Shown: positions 48,560-62,300 of the stretch, one piece after another
How the letters are laid out: each line of letters opens with the position of its first letter
How positions within the stretch are numbered: position 1 is the first letter of the stretch
Origin: Azolla caroliniana
Taxonomy: Eukaryota; Plantae; Polypodiophyta
Direction: 5' to 3'
NCBI GenBank assembly: GCA_043228905.1
Contig: JBHGNT010000013.1
Coordinates: 5,766,001 to 5,830,000, forward strand
Length of the DNA stretch: 64,000 nucleotides
The notes under the pieces: generated by a model
Databases searched by the model: none
Told to the model about the DNA's origin: nothing
What the model saw: only the letters and a program-made list of their open reading frames with translations
Made by a program: the position numbers and the translations under genes

Positions 48560-50394
48560 AGACTCGAACCCATAACCTTTTGTTACACGGGTCGAGACTT
48601 TACCATTAGGTTATGAGTTGTAATTTGAAGGATATTATTTTCATTTAGGTTTTATTAGGAAATTGATGTATATTCCAGATTTCTCTGGAACATTCTAGAA
48701 ACTTCAGGAGTATTCCTGAAGACACTATAAAAGGAGGCGCAAGGCATTAGTTCGAACCAAATCGGTTCAACGCCAGTCTTAAGCCTTCTAACTACTGTTG
48801 TATATCTTCCGTCATATAATACATATATCTTTCGCATCATCATTCTCTCTCTCTCTCTCTCTCTCTCACTCACTCATTCCTTCTCTCAAAGTTCGACACC
48901 TCTCATAGTACTAATCCTTCTCTGTCTTAGTACTATTCCCCAACAATAGTACTAATCCTTCTTTTAGTACTAATTCCTTCTCTGCCTTAATAGAGTTCCT
49001 GACAGAAGGTTGCACTAGTTTAGCGAGAAAGTATTTAAGCTAGATTGAAAGAGAGAGATTGATATGGCGAGAGAGATAGAGAGAGAGAGATTAAGATTGA
49101 ACGCTTGACTTTAGACTTAAGAAACAAGATACACCATCAATTGGATAACAAATTTTCTTCTTATTAAATTCTTGAATAATACATAGCTCCGTTTATCTTT
49201 TCCATCCACTCTTTTATAGATGCCCCCATGCATATGATGCATATGGGAGTACAAGACATGCATAAAATGCATGATGCATGTTTGCCATTTGGAGCTCATG
49301 CGTTACATGTGATGCATGATAACCATGTCACTCATTTAAGCTCTCATATAAGAATTTTTCAAGTAAAACTATAATGATAAAAATGTAACTTTAAGGAAAT
49401 GACTTGGCTTAGTGGTAAGTATATTGCTTTCTATCTTGGAGGTGCAAGGTTCCAGTCTTACTTATATCCTTTTTAAAGCACAAAATACTATTAGGCTTTT
49501 GGACCAAATATCTTTAAAACACCATGCACCACGATCAACCGACCGGACAAATCTGTCCGATTTACATCCTGAGGTCGCCGGATGCCAGTAATCAGGTTTT
49601 CAGGTTTCCGATTCTGTCGTCGTATCCTGAGCCAGTTCGGTCCACATCCCAAGGTCGTCTGATGCATCCGGTCACTCGTCGCTCATCTCGATGACTCTGT
49701 TGTCATCTTGCCGACGTCATCCCGCCGTCTCCGTTCAAAACCAACGAAGTTGGCTACATCCATTCATCAAGTCATTCAACTTATCCTTTCTATGCTCCAC
49801 ACATAAACACAAAGGTAATGGCTTTTGCTTTGCCTTATATATGGTGAGATCCTTTTTTGTCCTGTCTATGTGGGATATCTCACAATTTTATTTTTCTCTT
49901 TTTCTTTGCAAACTTCATACCCACATAACTTGACACTTAAATGTTCGTTTGTTATGTAGTAAAGGGCATTCAAAAGCTCTTTAAGAACTCCATCTTTTTG
50001 TACCAAGATATTAAACTTATTTAAAATTGTATCTTCACTATTATTGTTTTATATTTCGTGAGAAAAATCACACTTGATTTTATATGTTCCTCACAAGTTT
50101 CACACTATCGCCGAAAATCTTCACGACACCGGAGAGGAGGGATTTGACCTTATTGATGTTGACTAGACTTTCACCTCTAATGACCAGATCATCCACGTAT
50201 AGAATGATGACAATTGGGCTTTTAGACTTGTTTCGTACAATTGGGCTTTTAGACTTGTCGGATTTCGACATTTGGAAGCCTATTTGATGAAAATATTGCG
50301 TAATCTTTGTAAAGGAATACAAGTGAGAAAGCATATGCGCAAGACATAGAGTATATTTCGAAAGTAAGACAGATAGGTAAAACACAAAAATGAA

Positions 50395-50448
<54 letters not shown>

Positions 50449-53400
50449 AGACTGAAAAAACTCAGATTCAAAAAACTCAGAGAGAGAGTGAGAACCTTTT
50501 ATGTTAGCCCTGACAATCGAGTTGACACAACTACTGACAGTACTTGACTGCTCATAAATGAGTGTACTATACTAACTCCCAAAATTATTCCTTACAAGGA
50601 ATAACACTCTAACGGCCTTTCGGTTTCCACACTGATATGACCACGTTGTGCGTAATGATTTACGCACCCAATGTTGAGCTTGTCTCTCAACATCCCCCTC
50701 ATGCTCAACTTGAGGTTCCGCCTACTATTCCGGATCTTCACTCCGGCTTCTCTTGGCTTCACACCTCGCTTGCGCTCCTCGACCTGTTCTATTCCGCGTG
50801 CCTCGACCCCTTCGGTCGGCTTATGTGCTCATGTGGCCCTTCTCAGCTTCCTTGTTATCACGGTATTGGTGCCTCTTTTGCTACCCTTTCTTCTGCTTGG
50901 CCCTTAGTCGATTCGTCATGTTTGAATCGAACGTTTTGTTTGAATCAAACATTTCCCATTAGCCCTTGTTTTCACCAAATTTGTTGTCTCCAATTTGTCT
51001 TCAGTCTCTAGGCCTTTGACAACGTCAGACCACGTCTTGATCTCAGCTTTTCTGCCCTTCTTGGATGTATCTCCCCCTTGTCCAGCTATCTTCGGCTTCT
51101 TTAGCCGGCCTCAAATCGAATTCTTCATCAGATTCCACGTTGCGGTCAATTCCGCTCCTTTCACGCTCCTGTTCCTGTTCCTCCTTTCTCCCCCTACAAT
51201 TCGGTGTGTCGAGGTGACGCAATCCCAGCTCACTCAAGAAATGTCATAACTTGTCGAGACCAAGGGGCTTGGCGAATATGTCGGCAATCTGCTGACCCAT
51301 CGGAACATACCCTAGTTCGACTTCACTAGAAAGGACACGCTCGCGAACAAAATGGTAGTGTACCACAATGTGCTTGGTTCGAGCATGGAATACAGGGTTT
51401 TTCACAAGATGGATACTACTAAGGTTGTCGCAATAGATCGTCATCAGATCAGACACCTCGACATGCAGATCCTGTAATAGCCGTTTTAGCCAAATGATTT
51501 CGCACATAGCGATAGTCACCCCTCGATATTCAGTCTTCGTGCTCGACAATGCTACTGTTTGCTGCTTCTTATTGCTCCATGCGATCGCCACACTCCCTAA
51601 TGAGAAGGCGTATCCGGATGTGCATTATGATCGTTGGCATTTTCGACCCAATCAGCATCCGTGTAGCCAACTAACTGTTCGGCTACGTCTGACCGATACA
51701 ACAATGCCATGTCTTTTGTGCCACTGATATATCGCAATATCCTTTGCGTGCATTGAAGATGTTCGGCCGTAGGCTGGAACATAAACTGACTGATCAAGCC
51801 GACCGAGTAACTGAGATCCGGCTGAGTAATTGTCAAGTAAATTAGGCTTCTGAAAATCTGTCGAAACCATGTCGGGTCGCACGCCTTTCCCAAATCTCGG
51901 TGAGGCTTTACGTTTTTGTCTAGAGGGGTCAAGATGGGCTTACAATATGCCATCCCGAACTTGAAGAGCATATTCAGCACGTAATGACGCCGACTGATCA
52001 ATATGCCTTCGGGGGTGCGGATCACTTTGATCCCGAGGAAGTAATGAAGGTCTCCAAGATCCTTCATTTCGAATGATGCCGCAAGCTGCGACTTTACGCA
52101 GCAGATTTCTTCTAGGTCGGCATCAGCGATGACTAAATCATCAACATAGAGTAAGAGACTAACCGGTCCATGTCAACCTTGTTGTTCAACCTTGTTGACT
52201 TCGACGGTGCAAACCCCATCTTACGCAATCGTTGCGTAATCTTCACGTTCTAAGCTCGCAAGGATTACTTAAGTCCATATAATGACTTCTTCAATCGGCA
52301 CACTACTGAAGTGTTCTGTTTGGATAGAAATCCAGGAGGTTGTACCATGTATGTACTTGTTCCTCAAGATCGCCTTGCAGGAACACGTTCTTTACATCCA
52401 TTTGATGTAAGTGCCACCCCTTCGCCGCTGCTACAACTAGTAAGACACACATGGTAGTCATCTTCGTGATAGACGTGAAGGTCTCATCGTAATCTATGCC
52501 GTGCTTCTGCGCATAGCCTTTCGCCACTAACCAAGCCTTATAGCGGTTGACAGAGCCGTCGGTGTTGTGCTTGACATTGCACACCCATCTGCATCCAATC
52601 GGCTTTACACCCTTCGGTGCGTCAACCAGGTCCCAAGTCTCATTATCAGTCAAAGCGCGCATCGCTTCCTCCATCGTGCCACGCTAATTCTCGTCATTCG
52701 TCGCTTTTGCGTGGTTCTCTAGCTCATGCACTTTCGCCACTCATGTCATGTACACGTAATGGTGCGCCATGTATTCATTGTACCTGTATCTCTTTACGGG
52801 ATTGTTAAGGCGGGTAGATCGACGTAATTCGTGATTACCCAATTTCACGACCTTTTTGGCCGATTTCGACCTCTTCCGCAGAGGTTCCTTTTTGATTGGC
52901 CCGATGTCAGATTTGCTCCGATCTGAGTGGGCATTGCCAAACTCGTACTTTCGCATTTTCTTCTTGCCCTTCTCTTTACGCGTAAACCGTCTCCTTGGTT
53001 CTTTACGCAGGGACAATATGGCCGAGTCTTCACTACTCGCCGTCAGTTCAACAGGTTGGCAAGTTTGGTTCAACCCCTCATTCGGCCCACTTATCCAAAA
53101 TGAGATCGAACTCTCTTCCAGAGTTTCGATATCCTCGTCACGCAAGGGCATCTCAGTCTCGCTGACCTCTTCCTCAGAATTCAGAATGGAGTCATGAGGT
53201 ATTGGAGGCGAAGGCAAGTACCACGAGGCAGACTCGTCGAATACGACATCTCGACTTACGCGGACTTCCTTCGTTTGGGGGTTATAGCACTTATACCCCT
53301 TTTGATCGTCTGAATAGCCGACTGGGATACACTTCTCGGCTTTGGCATCCAATTTCCTCCTCTTCTCCTTCGACACGTGTACATACGCAATGCTGGCGAA

Positions 53401-53726
53401 AATTCTGAAGTGTGCCAGGTTCGGCCTCTTCTCGAAATACAGCTCATGTGGCGACACTCCTCCATTAGCAGAAGTCCGATTCTGCAAGTAAACTGCTGTC
53501 CTTACGGCTTCAGCCCAATAGGATTTTGGCATATGCTTCTCTTCAAGCATTGCCCTAGCCACTTCTTCGATTGTCCGACTCTTCCGCTCGGCTACGCCAT
53601 TTTGCTCCGGCGTATATCTATACGAGAATTCGCATCGAATTCCCTCCTTCTGTAGCTAACTTGTGAACTGGTCGGAGAAGTACTCCTTCCCGCCATCGGA
53701 CCGTAGGAATTTGATCTTACGCCCAG

Positions 53727-56700
53727 TGTTGAGTGACAAGCTCAACATTTGTGCGTAATCCGATGCGTAAAACCGGTACGTAGATCGGTGTGTAGGAAGG
53801 CCATATCGGTGCGTAGACCGAAAGGCCGTTAGAAAGATATTCCTCGTAATGAATAGTTTTGGGAGTAAGTGTCGAGGCTCATTTATGAGCAGTCAAGTAC
53901 TGTCAGTACTTGTGTTAGCCCATTGTCAGGGCTTGTATAAAAGTGCTCATTGAGCACATCCTATGTACAGATTGAGTATTATCGTTTGAATTAAGTTCTT
54001 GTGCTTACTCTCTCTCTGTCTCTCCCGTGCGTACTGTGCAAACCTAAGCTTTCCATTAAACCTGCGTTTTCTGTTGTTCGGATTTCCTATATTGCTTCCG
54101 CACGCCATTCTTTTCATGGTATCAGAGCGTGAGGGTTGAGAACCTCTGCTACCGACTTTGCTTGAAGGAAAAACCAACGAAGAAGAACAAGAAAACCGAT
54201 GGACAGAGGTATGGCTAGCTCGCTTCTAACGGAGAAGCTCGACAGAACCAACTACGCATCTTGGTCCTACAAGATGCACCAGTACCTGCTCGGACACGGT
54301 TACTGGAGCAATGTCGATGGAGCAAATGACATAGCACCCGATTCGACACACAAAGACTTCCCGGCGTGGGAACAATTGGCGAGCAGAATGCAGTACTGTT
54401 TTGCGTCTTGTGTGGGCGAACAACTGTTAAGTTACGTTTGGGATGCAAAAATGCCGAAGGGTGCGTGGGAAAATCTGAAGAAGATCTTCTCCACGAGCAA
54501 CACAGCCAAGAAGCTTCAGCTTCGACAAGAGTTGAGCAACCTATGGCAACGCGATTTGTCGGTGGCTGACTATACCTCGAGGATTAAGAACATATGCGAC
54601 TCCTTAGCTTCCATCGATGTGAATATCGAGGAAAGCGAGATGGTCTAGGTCTATCTTAGGGGTTTCGCGTCGAAGTTCGGGGCGTTCCGAACTGTTGTGT
54701 GTACCCGGGAGAATACGCCGTCCTTTTTCGACTTACAGTCGATGCTCCTGGTAGAGGAGAACCACGCGGGTGCGTCAACAAGCATGCACACCGACAGCAA
54801 GATGTTGTACACGGAGGGAGATAGGCCCCGTGGTCGTGGCGAACGAGGCGGCCAACGGGATCAAGGAAGAAGGCACTGAAGTGATGCCGACAACAATTCC
54901 AGACCTTCCGAAAACAGGGGGAGTCGAGGTGACGAGAACCAGCAAGGGAAATCCATCGTGGAATGCTGGTACTGTGGCAAGAAAGGCCACAGGGAAAAAA
55001 CGCGCCGATTTGGAGAGAACCGGGTCCGGAACATGCTCCGGACAGACCGAAAAAGGAAATCGGCAACGATCACACTACGCCGAAGGATTCGGAGAACCCG
55101 GAAAAGGGTCAGTCTTCGTGACGAGACACGAAGCAAACTCAATGAAGTAGACCATCCCGAAATTGGACGAGGTGTGGTACGTCGACTCCGGCGCGTCAAA
55201 TCACATGACGAGCCATAAGGAGTGGTTCTCGTACCAAGAAAAACCGATGCAACCGGGAGTAGTCGCAACCGGAGACGACACTCTGCATGCGATCGCGAAT
55301 GTCGGAGAAGTTCCCCTGAGCCATGTCGGGCAAAAAGGGAAACTCATGAACGTGCTACATGTTCCGACAATAACGAAGAACTTAGTGTCGGTCGGATAGA
55401 TCGTCGATCAAGGGATGGAGGTCCGGTTTACGCACCTCGGGTGCTTCATTGAGGAAGAAGGCCGAATTTTTGTGCAAGGGTGCAGAGATGGGAGGATGTT
55501 TATCCTCGACTCTACTGACAGTGGCACCGCAATGTTCGCGAAGGGACAAAAAGTCGAGTCCACGTCAACTACCAGCGGCTTCTAGACCTGCAATCGAAAT
55601 AAGTAGTGTTCGGATTGCCCAAATTTAGTGGCCGGAAGGCACAAATTTGTGAAGCCTGCCAGCTTGGAAGCAACACCGACTTCCTTTCCCCAACGAGCAT
55701 AACCGGAGCCGGAACAAGCTCGACTTGATACACTCTGATGTGTGGGGGCCGGCACAAAATGATAGTCTTGGCGGGAGCCGATATTTTGTCTCCTTCATTG
55801 ACGACTACACGTGGCACACGTGGATCTACCTCATTCAGAGGAAAAGCGAAGTCTTCGACTGTTTTCGGGACCTCAAAGGGTTTGTGGAAACGGAAACAAG
55901 AAGAAAGATCAAGTGCCTGCGGTCGGATGGTGGAAAAGAATACTTTTCCGGTCAGTTCACAGGTTATCTACAACAGATGGGAATTTGGCATGAATTCAGT
56001 TGTAGATACACGCCCGAGCAAAACGGCGTGGCTGAGAGGAAAAATCGATTGGTTGTGGAAGCGGCACGGGCAATGCTGGAGGAGAAGAGCTTTCCCAAGT
56101 TCTACTGGGCCGAGGTGGTAAGGACCGCGGTATACATCCAGAACCGGATCGGAGAAAAAGTGTCGGTGCACGAGCTTTACTTCGGAACGAAGCCGAACTT
56201 GCGACACTTACGAGTTTTCGGTAGCATTGCATATGTGCATGTGCCGAAGGAGAAAAGGAGGAAGTTGGACGCAAAAGTCGAGAAGTGTATCTTGGTCGGC
56301 TATTCGGACGAGCAGAAGGGTTATAAGTACTATAACCCGCGTACCAAACAAGCGCGTGTGAGCCGCGACGTTGTGTTTGATGAGTCCACGTCCTGGAACT
56401 TGCCTCCGACTCCGGACCTCACCTCCAATCTGAGTTTTGACTATGAGGATAGCAAGGCCGAGGTGCCTCCAGCTCAGCCTGAAATCGGGACCCCTGAAGA
56501 GAGTCTGATTTCGTTTCGGTTAAGTGGACCGAATGGACGACTGAGTCGATACGACCAGTCTGATGAAGACCTGGCGAGTGGTGGAGACTCGGCCGTGCAT
56601 TCCCCGCGTAGGAAGCCGAGGAGACGGCTTATGCGCCAAGAGAAAGGGTAGAAGAAGGTGTCGCATTCTGGCACGGATAGGAATGAGTCAGACCGACGCG

Positions 56701-59363
56701 AGTCCGATTCTGAGGGAAGCGGCGATGGGCCTTTAGTAGCGAAGTCCGCGTTGGCCGAGAAGACCTCGACATCGGCTAATGACCGATTACCCCGATCTAC
56801 CCGCCAAAAGAACCCAGTTGTGTGGTTCGGATACAATTGGTACATGGCGCATCATTATGCGTACATGACCCGTGTAGCGGAAGTGCGTGAGCTGGACAGC
56901 TACGCAGAAGCGGCAAAGGACGTGAATTGGCGCGCCGCGATGGACGAAGAGATGCACGCATTGGCGGAAAACGGGACCTGGGACCTGGTTGACGCACCGA
57001 AGGGTGTGAAGCCGATCGGATGTAGGTGGGTGTACAGGGTCAAGTACAACATTGACGGCTCGGTCAACCGCTACAAGGCCCGTTTAGTGGCAAAAGGCTA
57101 CGCGTAGAAAAACGGCATCGACTACGATGAGACATTCGCGCCGGTCGCGAAGATGACGACCATCCGTGTTTTGCTCGCGGTAGCCGTAGCCAAGGGGTAG
57201 CACTTACATCAGATGGATGTAAAGAATGTGTTCCTTCAAGGTGACCTTGAGGACCAAGTGTACATGGTACAACCCCCCGGATTTCACTCCGGAACGAACA
57301 CGTCGGTAGTGTGCTGATTGAAGAAGTCCCTTTATGGACTGAAGCAAGCCCCGCATGCTTGGAATGCGAAGATCACGCATCAGTTGCATCGGATGGGCTT
57401 TGCGACGTCAAAATCGGACGCCTCGTTGTTCATTCAGAAAGGTCGACTCATGCCGGTCAATATTTTACTCTATGTTGATGACTTGGTCATCACCGGCGCC
57501 GACCTAGGTGAAATCAACCGCGTGAAGCTCTAGCTTGCGGCATCATTCGACATGAAGGATCTAGGGGACCTTCATTACTTCCTTGGGATCGAAGTGATCC
57601 GCACCCCAGAAGGCATACTGATCAGCCAACGTCATTATGCGCTGACTATGCTCTTCAAATTTGGGATGGCAGACTGTAAGTCTGTCTCGACTCCTCTGGA
57701 TACAACTGTCAAGCTTCGCCCCAATTCCGGCAAGGTTTTCGATCCAACAAGGTTCCGAAAAATTGTCGGAAGCCTTATCTACTTGACAATGACCCGACCC
57801 GATCTCAGTTATCCGGTCGGGGTGATCAGTCAATTTATGACATGACCTACCGAGGAGCACCTTTAGTGTGCGCAACGCGTACTGCGGTACGTAAGCGGCA
57901 CTAAGGACCGGGGACAACTATATCGGACCGATACAACCCCGCAGTTGGTCGGCTACACTGATGCCGACTGGGCCAACAATGTCGCCGATCGCCGATCCAC
58001 GTCCGGATACGCGTTCTCTGTTGGGAGTGCCGCGATCGCGTGGAGTAGCAAGAAGCAGCCGAGAGTTGCACTGTCGAGCACCGAAGCTAAGTACCGAGGA
58101 GCGGCTATCGCGACATGCGAAGCCATATGGTTGAAGCGGCTACTTAAGGATCTGCAGGTGGAGGTGTCCGATTTGACGACGATCTACTCTGACAACCTCA
58201 GCAGCATCCAACTCGCGAAGAACCCCGTCTTCCACGCACGGACCAAGCACATTGAGGTGCACTACCATTTTGTCCGTGAGCGTGTCCTTTCTGGTGAAGT
58301 CGAACTTCAGTATGTTTCGACAGCTCAGCAGACTGCCGACATCTTCACCAAGCCTCTTGGTCTGGACAAGTTGCGGCAATTCTCGGGTGCACTTGGGTTG
58401 CGTTACCTGGACGTGCCGAACTTGAGGGGGAGAAACGTTTCAGATGACCACGAAAGGGAGCAGAAAAGGAGCGGAAAAGCTCGTGGGAGCGGAAAAGCCC
58501 GTGGTGCCGAGTCGGATGACGAATTCGACCTCGGATCGGCTGAAGAAGCCGAGTGCGGATCCGCAGAAGAGTCCGAAAGCGGACATAAGGGGAGTAGCCG
58601 AAAGAAGATGCCGGAGCCAACCAGGCATGGGCAAGATGACACCGTCAAGGGCGAGAAGACCGAAGACGAGTTGGAGACAACCAACTCGGACGAGAGCGAA
58701 AACCGATCAGAGGTAGCCGAGTCGGTTCGGATGTTTGATTCAGATACACTGAATCAACCGAGGACCAAGCGGAAAAGAAGGCAACAGGAGAAGCGCCAAC
58801 ACCGCATCGACAAGGAAGCTGTGAAGGGCCATGGGACCAGACAAGCCGACCAGAAGGGTCGAAGCGTGCGGAGTCGAACAGGCCGAGGAGCGTGAGCGAG
58901 ACGTGGAGCCAGGAGAAGCCGGAGCGTAGGTCCGGCAAAGCAAGCGGAACCTCAAGTTGAGCTTGAGGGGGAGTGTTGAGAGACAAGCTCAACATTTGTG
59001 CGTAATCCGATGAGTAAAAACGGTACGCAGACCGGTGTGTAAGAAGGTCGTATCGGTGCGTAGACCGAAAGGCCGTTAGAAAGATATTCCTCATAAGGAA
59101 TAGTTTTGGGAGTAAGTGTCGAGGCTCATTTATGAGCAGTCAAGTACTGTTAGTACTTGTGTCAGCCCATTGTCAGGGCTTGTATAAAAGTGCTCATTGA
59201 GCACATCCTATGTACAGATTGAGTATTATCGTTTGAATTAAGTTCTTGTGCTTACTCTCTCTCTGTCTCTCCCATGCGTAATGTGCAAACCTAAGCTTTC
59301 CATTAAACCTGCGTTTTCTGTTGTTCTAATTTCCTGTATTGCTTCCGCACGCCATTCTTTTCA
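53727..59363 (+). mobile_element. Copia E, full length, nested in the integrase of F
   Basis: 390-bp LTRs 53727-54116 and 58974-59363. PBS TGGTATCAGAGC at 54117-54128 (tRNA-iMet). PPT 58964-58973. TSD CCCAG/CCCAA. Confidence 0.95.
54199..58895 (+). pseudogene. Copia E gag-pol with many stops
   Basis: KLDRTNYASW, CWYCGKKGH, WYVDSGASNHM, IHSDVWGP, RSDGGKEY, LYVDDL and ADIFTK, in Copia domain order. Confidence 0.93.
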
Positions 59364-62300
59364 CCCAATTTCACTTTCCGCAAGGCTCTTCACCTTCAGG
59401 AAACATGTGAAGACTTTGCTCTTCTTCGCGATCATGCATGCCCAAGTATGCTGAGTGAAGTCATCGATGAAGGTTACGAAGTCACTGCTTCTACCGAGAC
59501 TCACATTCTATGCCAAACCCCACACATCCGAATGGATTAAATCTAGCGGATTTTGACTACGATTGCACTCGTTAGGGAATGGAAGTCGGTGTTGTTTTCC
59601 CATCTGGCAGGCTTTGCAGACTTGGCAATTCTGGCCCCGAAATTTTGGCAAGCCGAAAACAATGTTCTTCATCTGCATTTCACGAAGCCATGGGAAGTTA
59701 ACATGGCCGAACCGCTTGTGCCATAGTTCGATATTCGATTCAACCTTTTGCCCTTTCTCAAACATAGCGGTGCCCACATTGTTGGTTTCGAGGATAAACA
59801 TCCTCCCTTCATGGCGGCCTTGCGCGATTACTTTGCCTTCCTCTTCTATGAAGCAACCGAGATGCGAGAATCGAACTTCCATCCCTTCGTCGATGATATG
59901 ACCGACCGGCACAAGGTTCTTGTTTATTGTCGGGACGTTCTTGTTTACCACACCTCACTTGGTTTCTAAGTGTTCACGGCCATCGAGTTGGCCTTGTGCT
60001 TCATTACGAAGGTTGGGCCTGATCCATTTCCAGCTTGTTTGGAGCCCTCAGTGTAGTGCGACTTCTGACGCCTCTCTGCGTCTCTTCCGCTCGATCTGGC
60101 TTCGTCTGAATCGGCTCTCTTTTTCCAACACTCGCTCTCTTTGTGGCCTTTCTTGCCACAGTACCAACATTCCGATGCGGCCATCCCTTGCCAACTTCTG
60201 GTGCCGCCATGATTCCCCTTACTTCCAGAGGGTTCGGAGTTGCTATTAGCATTTCGATTATGCCATACATTTTTCTCTTTTCAACCTCCTCCTTTACGCG
60301 CCGATCCGCCTCGTCCACCACGACCAGGGGGCCTATCCTCCTCCGTGTATAGAATTTTGTTGTTGGCGTGCATACTCGTCGACGCACGCACGTGATTTTC
60401 CTCCATGAGCAACATTGACTGAAGTTTGAAGAATGAAGGCGTATTCTCCCTCGTACAGACCGCCGTTCGGAACGCTCCGAACTTTGATGCTAACCCACCA
60501 AGAAAAACCTGCACCATTTCATCTTCCTCGATGTTCACGTTGACAGATCTTTTTGCCAGACATTGCTGAGCTCTTGTCTGAGTTGCAACTTCTTGGCCAT
60601 TGTGCTTGCGGGGAAAATCCTTTTGAGATTCACCCACGCGTCCTTCGGCATCTTGGCATCCCGAATATAGCTCAATAGTTGGTCACTCACATAGGAAGCA
60701 AAGCAGTAGAGGACTTTGGTTGCCGCTTGTTCCCAAGCCGAAAAATCCCTATATGTCGATTCGGGTGCTCTATCATTAGCTCCTTCGAAATAACTCCAGT
60801 AACCATGACCAAGCAGGTACTAGTGCATCTTGTATGACCAAGATGCATAGTTGCTCTTGTCAAGCTTCTCAGTCAGTAGCGAACTTCCCATTCCTCTTTC
60901 CATGTTGTTGTCTTATCTTTTCCGAAAAACAAGAAGAGCAAACTGAACTCGGTCTTTGTCGTAAGCTTTTCTGTTGGCTACAGAGGACTTCAAACCTCGC
61001 TTTGATACCATGTAAAGGAATATGTGTGTAGAGGTGTATGCGCAAGACACATAGTATATTTTGGAAGTAAGACAAATCGGTAAAACACAGAAATGGAGAG
61101 GGAGAGACAAAAACAGAGATAGAGAGAGCAGACAGAAAAAACTCAGATTCAAAAAATGACTCTCTGTATACCCTCTCCTCTATACATACTTCGTGCTTAG
61201 TGACCACCTTTTGTACAAGCCCTGACAATCAGGCTGACACAACTACTGACAATACTTGATTGCTCATAAATGAGCCTACTATACTAACTCCCAAAATTAT
61301 TCCTTACAGGGAATAACACTCTAACGGCCTTTCGGTTTACACACCAATACGACCAAGTTGTGCGTAATGATTTACGCACCCAATGTTGAGCTTGTCTCTG
61401 AACATCTTCGAATGCCAAGCACGCGGTGCTTGCTTGAGGCTGTAGAGTGACTTCTTCAGTCGGCATACTGCTTTCGGATGAATGCTCGATTCAAAGCCGG
61501 GTGGTTGTACCATGTACACCTCCTCTTCTAATTCGCCTTAAAGAAAGGCGTTCTTTGCATCCATTTGGTGGAGGTGCCACCCTTTCGCCGTTGCGAGTGC
61601 AATTACGGTCCGCACAACTGTCATCTTTGCCATCGGGGCAAATGTTTCTTTGTAGGCGACTCGATGCGTCTGTGTGTATCCTTTCACTACAAGTCGAGCT
61701 TTGTAGCGGTTGACAGAGCCATCAGTATTATACTTCACCTTATAAATCCATCTGCAGCCAATTGCCTTCTTCTATTGTGAGTGGGGGAACGAGATCCCAT
61801 GTGTCATTCTTGTGTAGTGAACGCATCTCCTCGTTCATTGCTTCGATCCATCGTGGGTCCTTTGCACCTTCGAAAAAGGTTTCTGGCTCCCGTACTGTTG
61901 CGACCTTCATCATCAAGGCGTAATGGTACACCATGTATTCATCGTAGCCAAATCGGCTTACAGGGTTCTTTTCACGAGTGTATTGGCATAACTTTTCGTT
62001 TGTAGAGACTAATGCTTTCTTCGCTCCATTTGTCCGGATGTCAAGGCCTTCAAACTCACTGTCGAGGGAGTGAGTCGACTCGTTGCCATTGAAATGACTG
62101 TCTTCATACTCCGACATTTTGGCCTTCCCTTTGTCCAGCTTTGGACTTGGTCGAGATGTGCTTTGATCGCTCGAAGGCTCTTGTGGTTCACTCAGTCAGG
62201 TTTTGATCGGACTTTCTTTGAATATACGCGTGATGCGATCTTCACCTTCTGTCTCTTGTTTGGCAGATTCCGTGTCGAGCAGAGTCGTAGTCGTAGTTGT

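Larger units (their letters stand above)
45839..49004 (+). mobile_element. Gypsy D (Tcn1/chromovirus-like), internally deleted, inserted in the 5' LTR of A
   Basis: Near-identical LTRs 45839-46295 and 48560-49004 (the second lacks its first 10 nt or so). Perfect 5-bp TSD GAAGG. Confidence 0.93.
28033..50128 (-). mobile_element. Gypsy A (Phygy/RLG1-like), full length but decayed
   Basis: LTRs 28033-29525 and 45764-50128 (the latter split by D). PPT 29526-29542. Degenerate tRNA-Trp PBS near 45740-45757. 4-bp flanks CTGG and CCGG. Confidence 0.92.
50308..61404 (-). mobile_element. Copia F nested in the RT of G
   Basis: LTRs 50308-50692 and 61011-61404. Met-type PBS at 60999-61010. PPT 50693-50700. 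Decayed gag, integrase, RT and RNase H ORFs. Flanks (A)TCTT on both sides. Confidence 0.9.
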
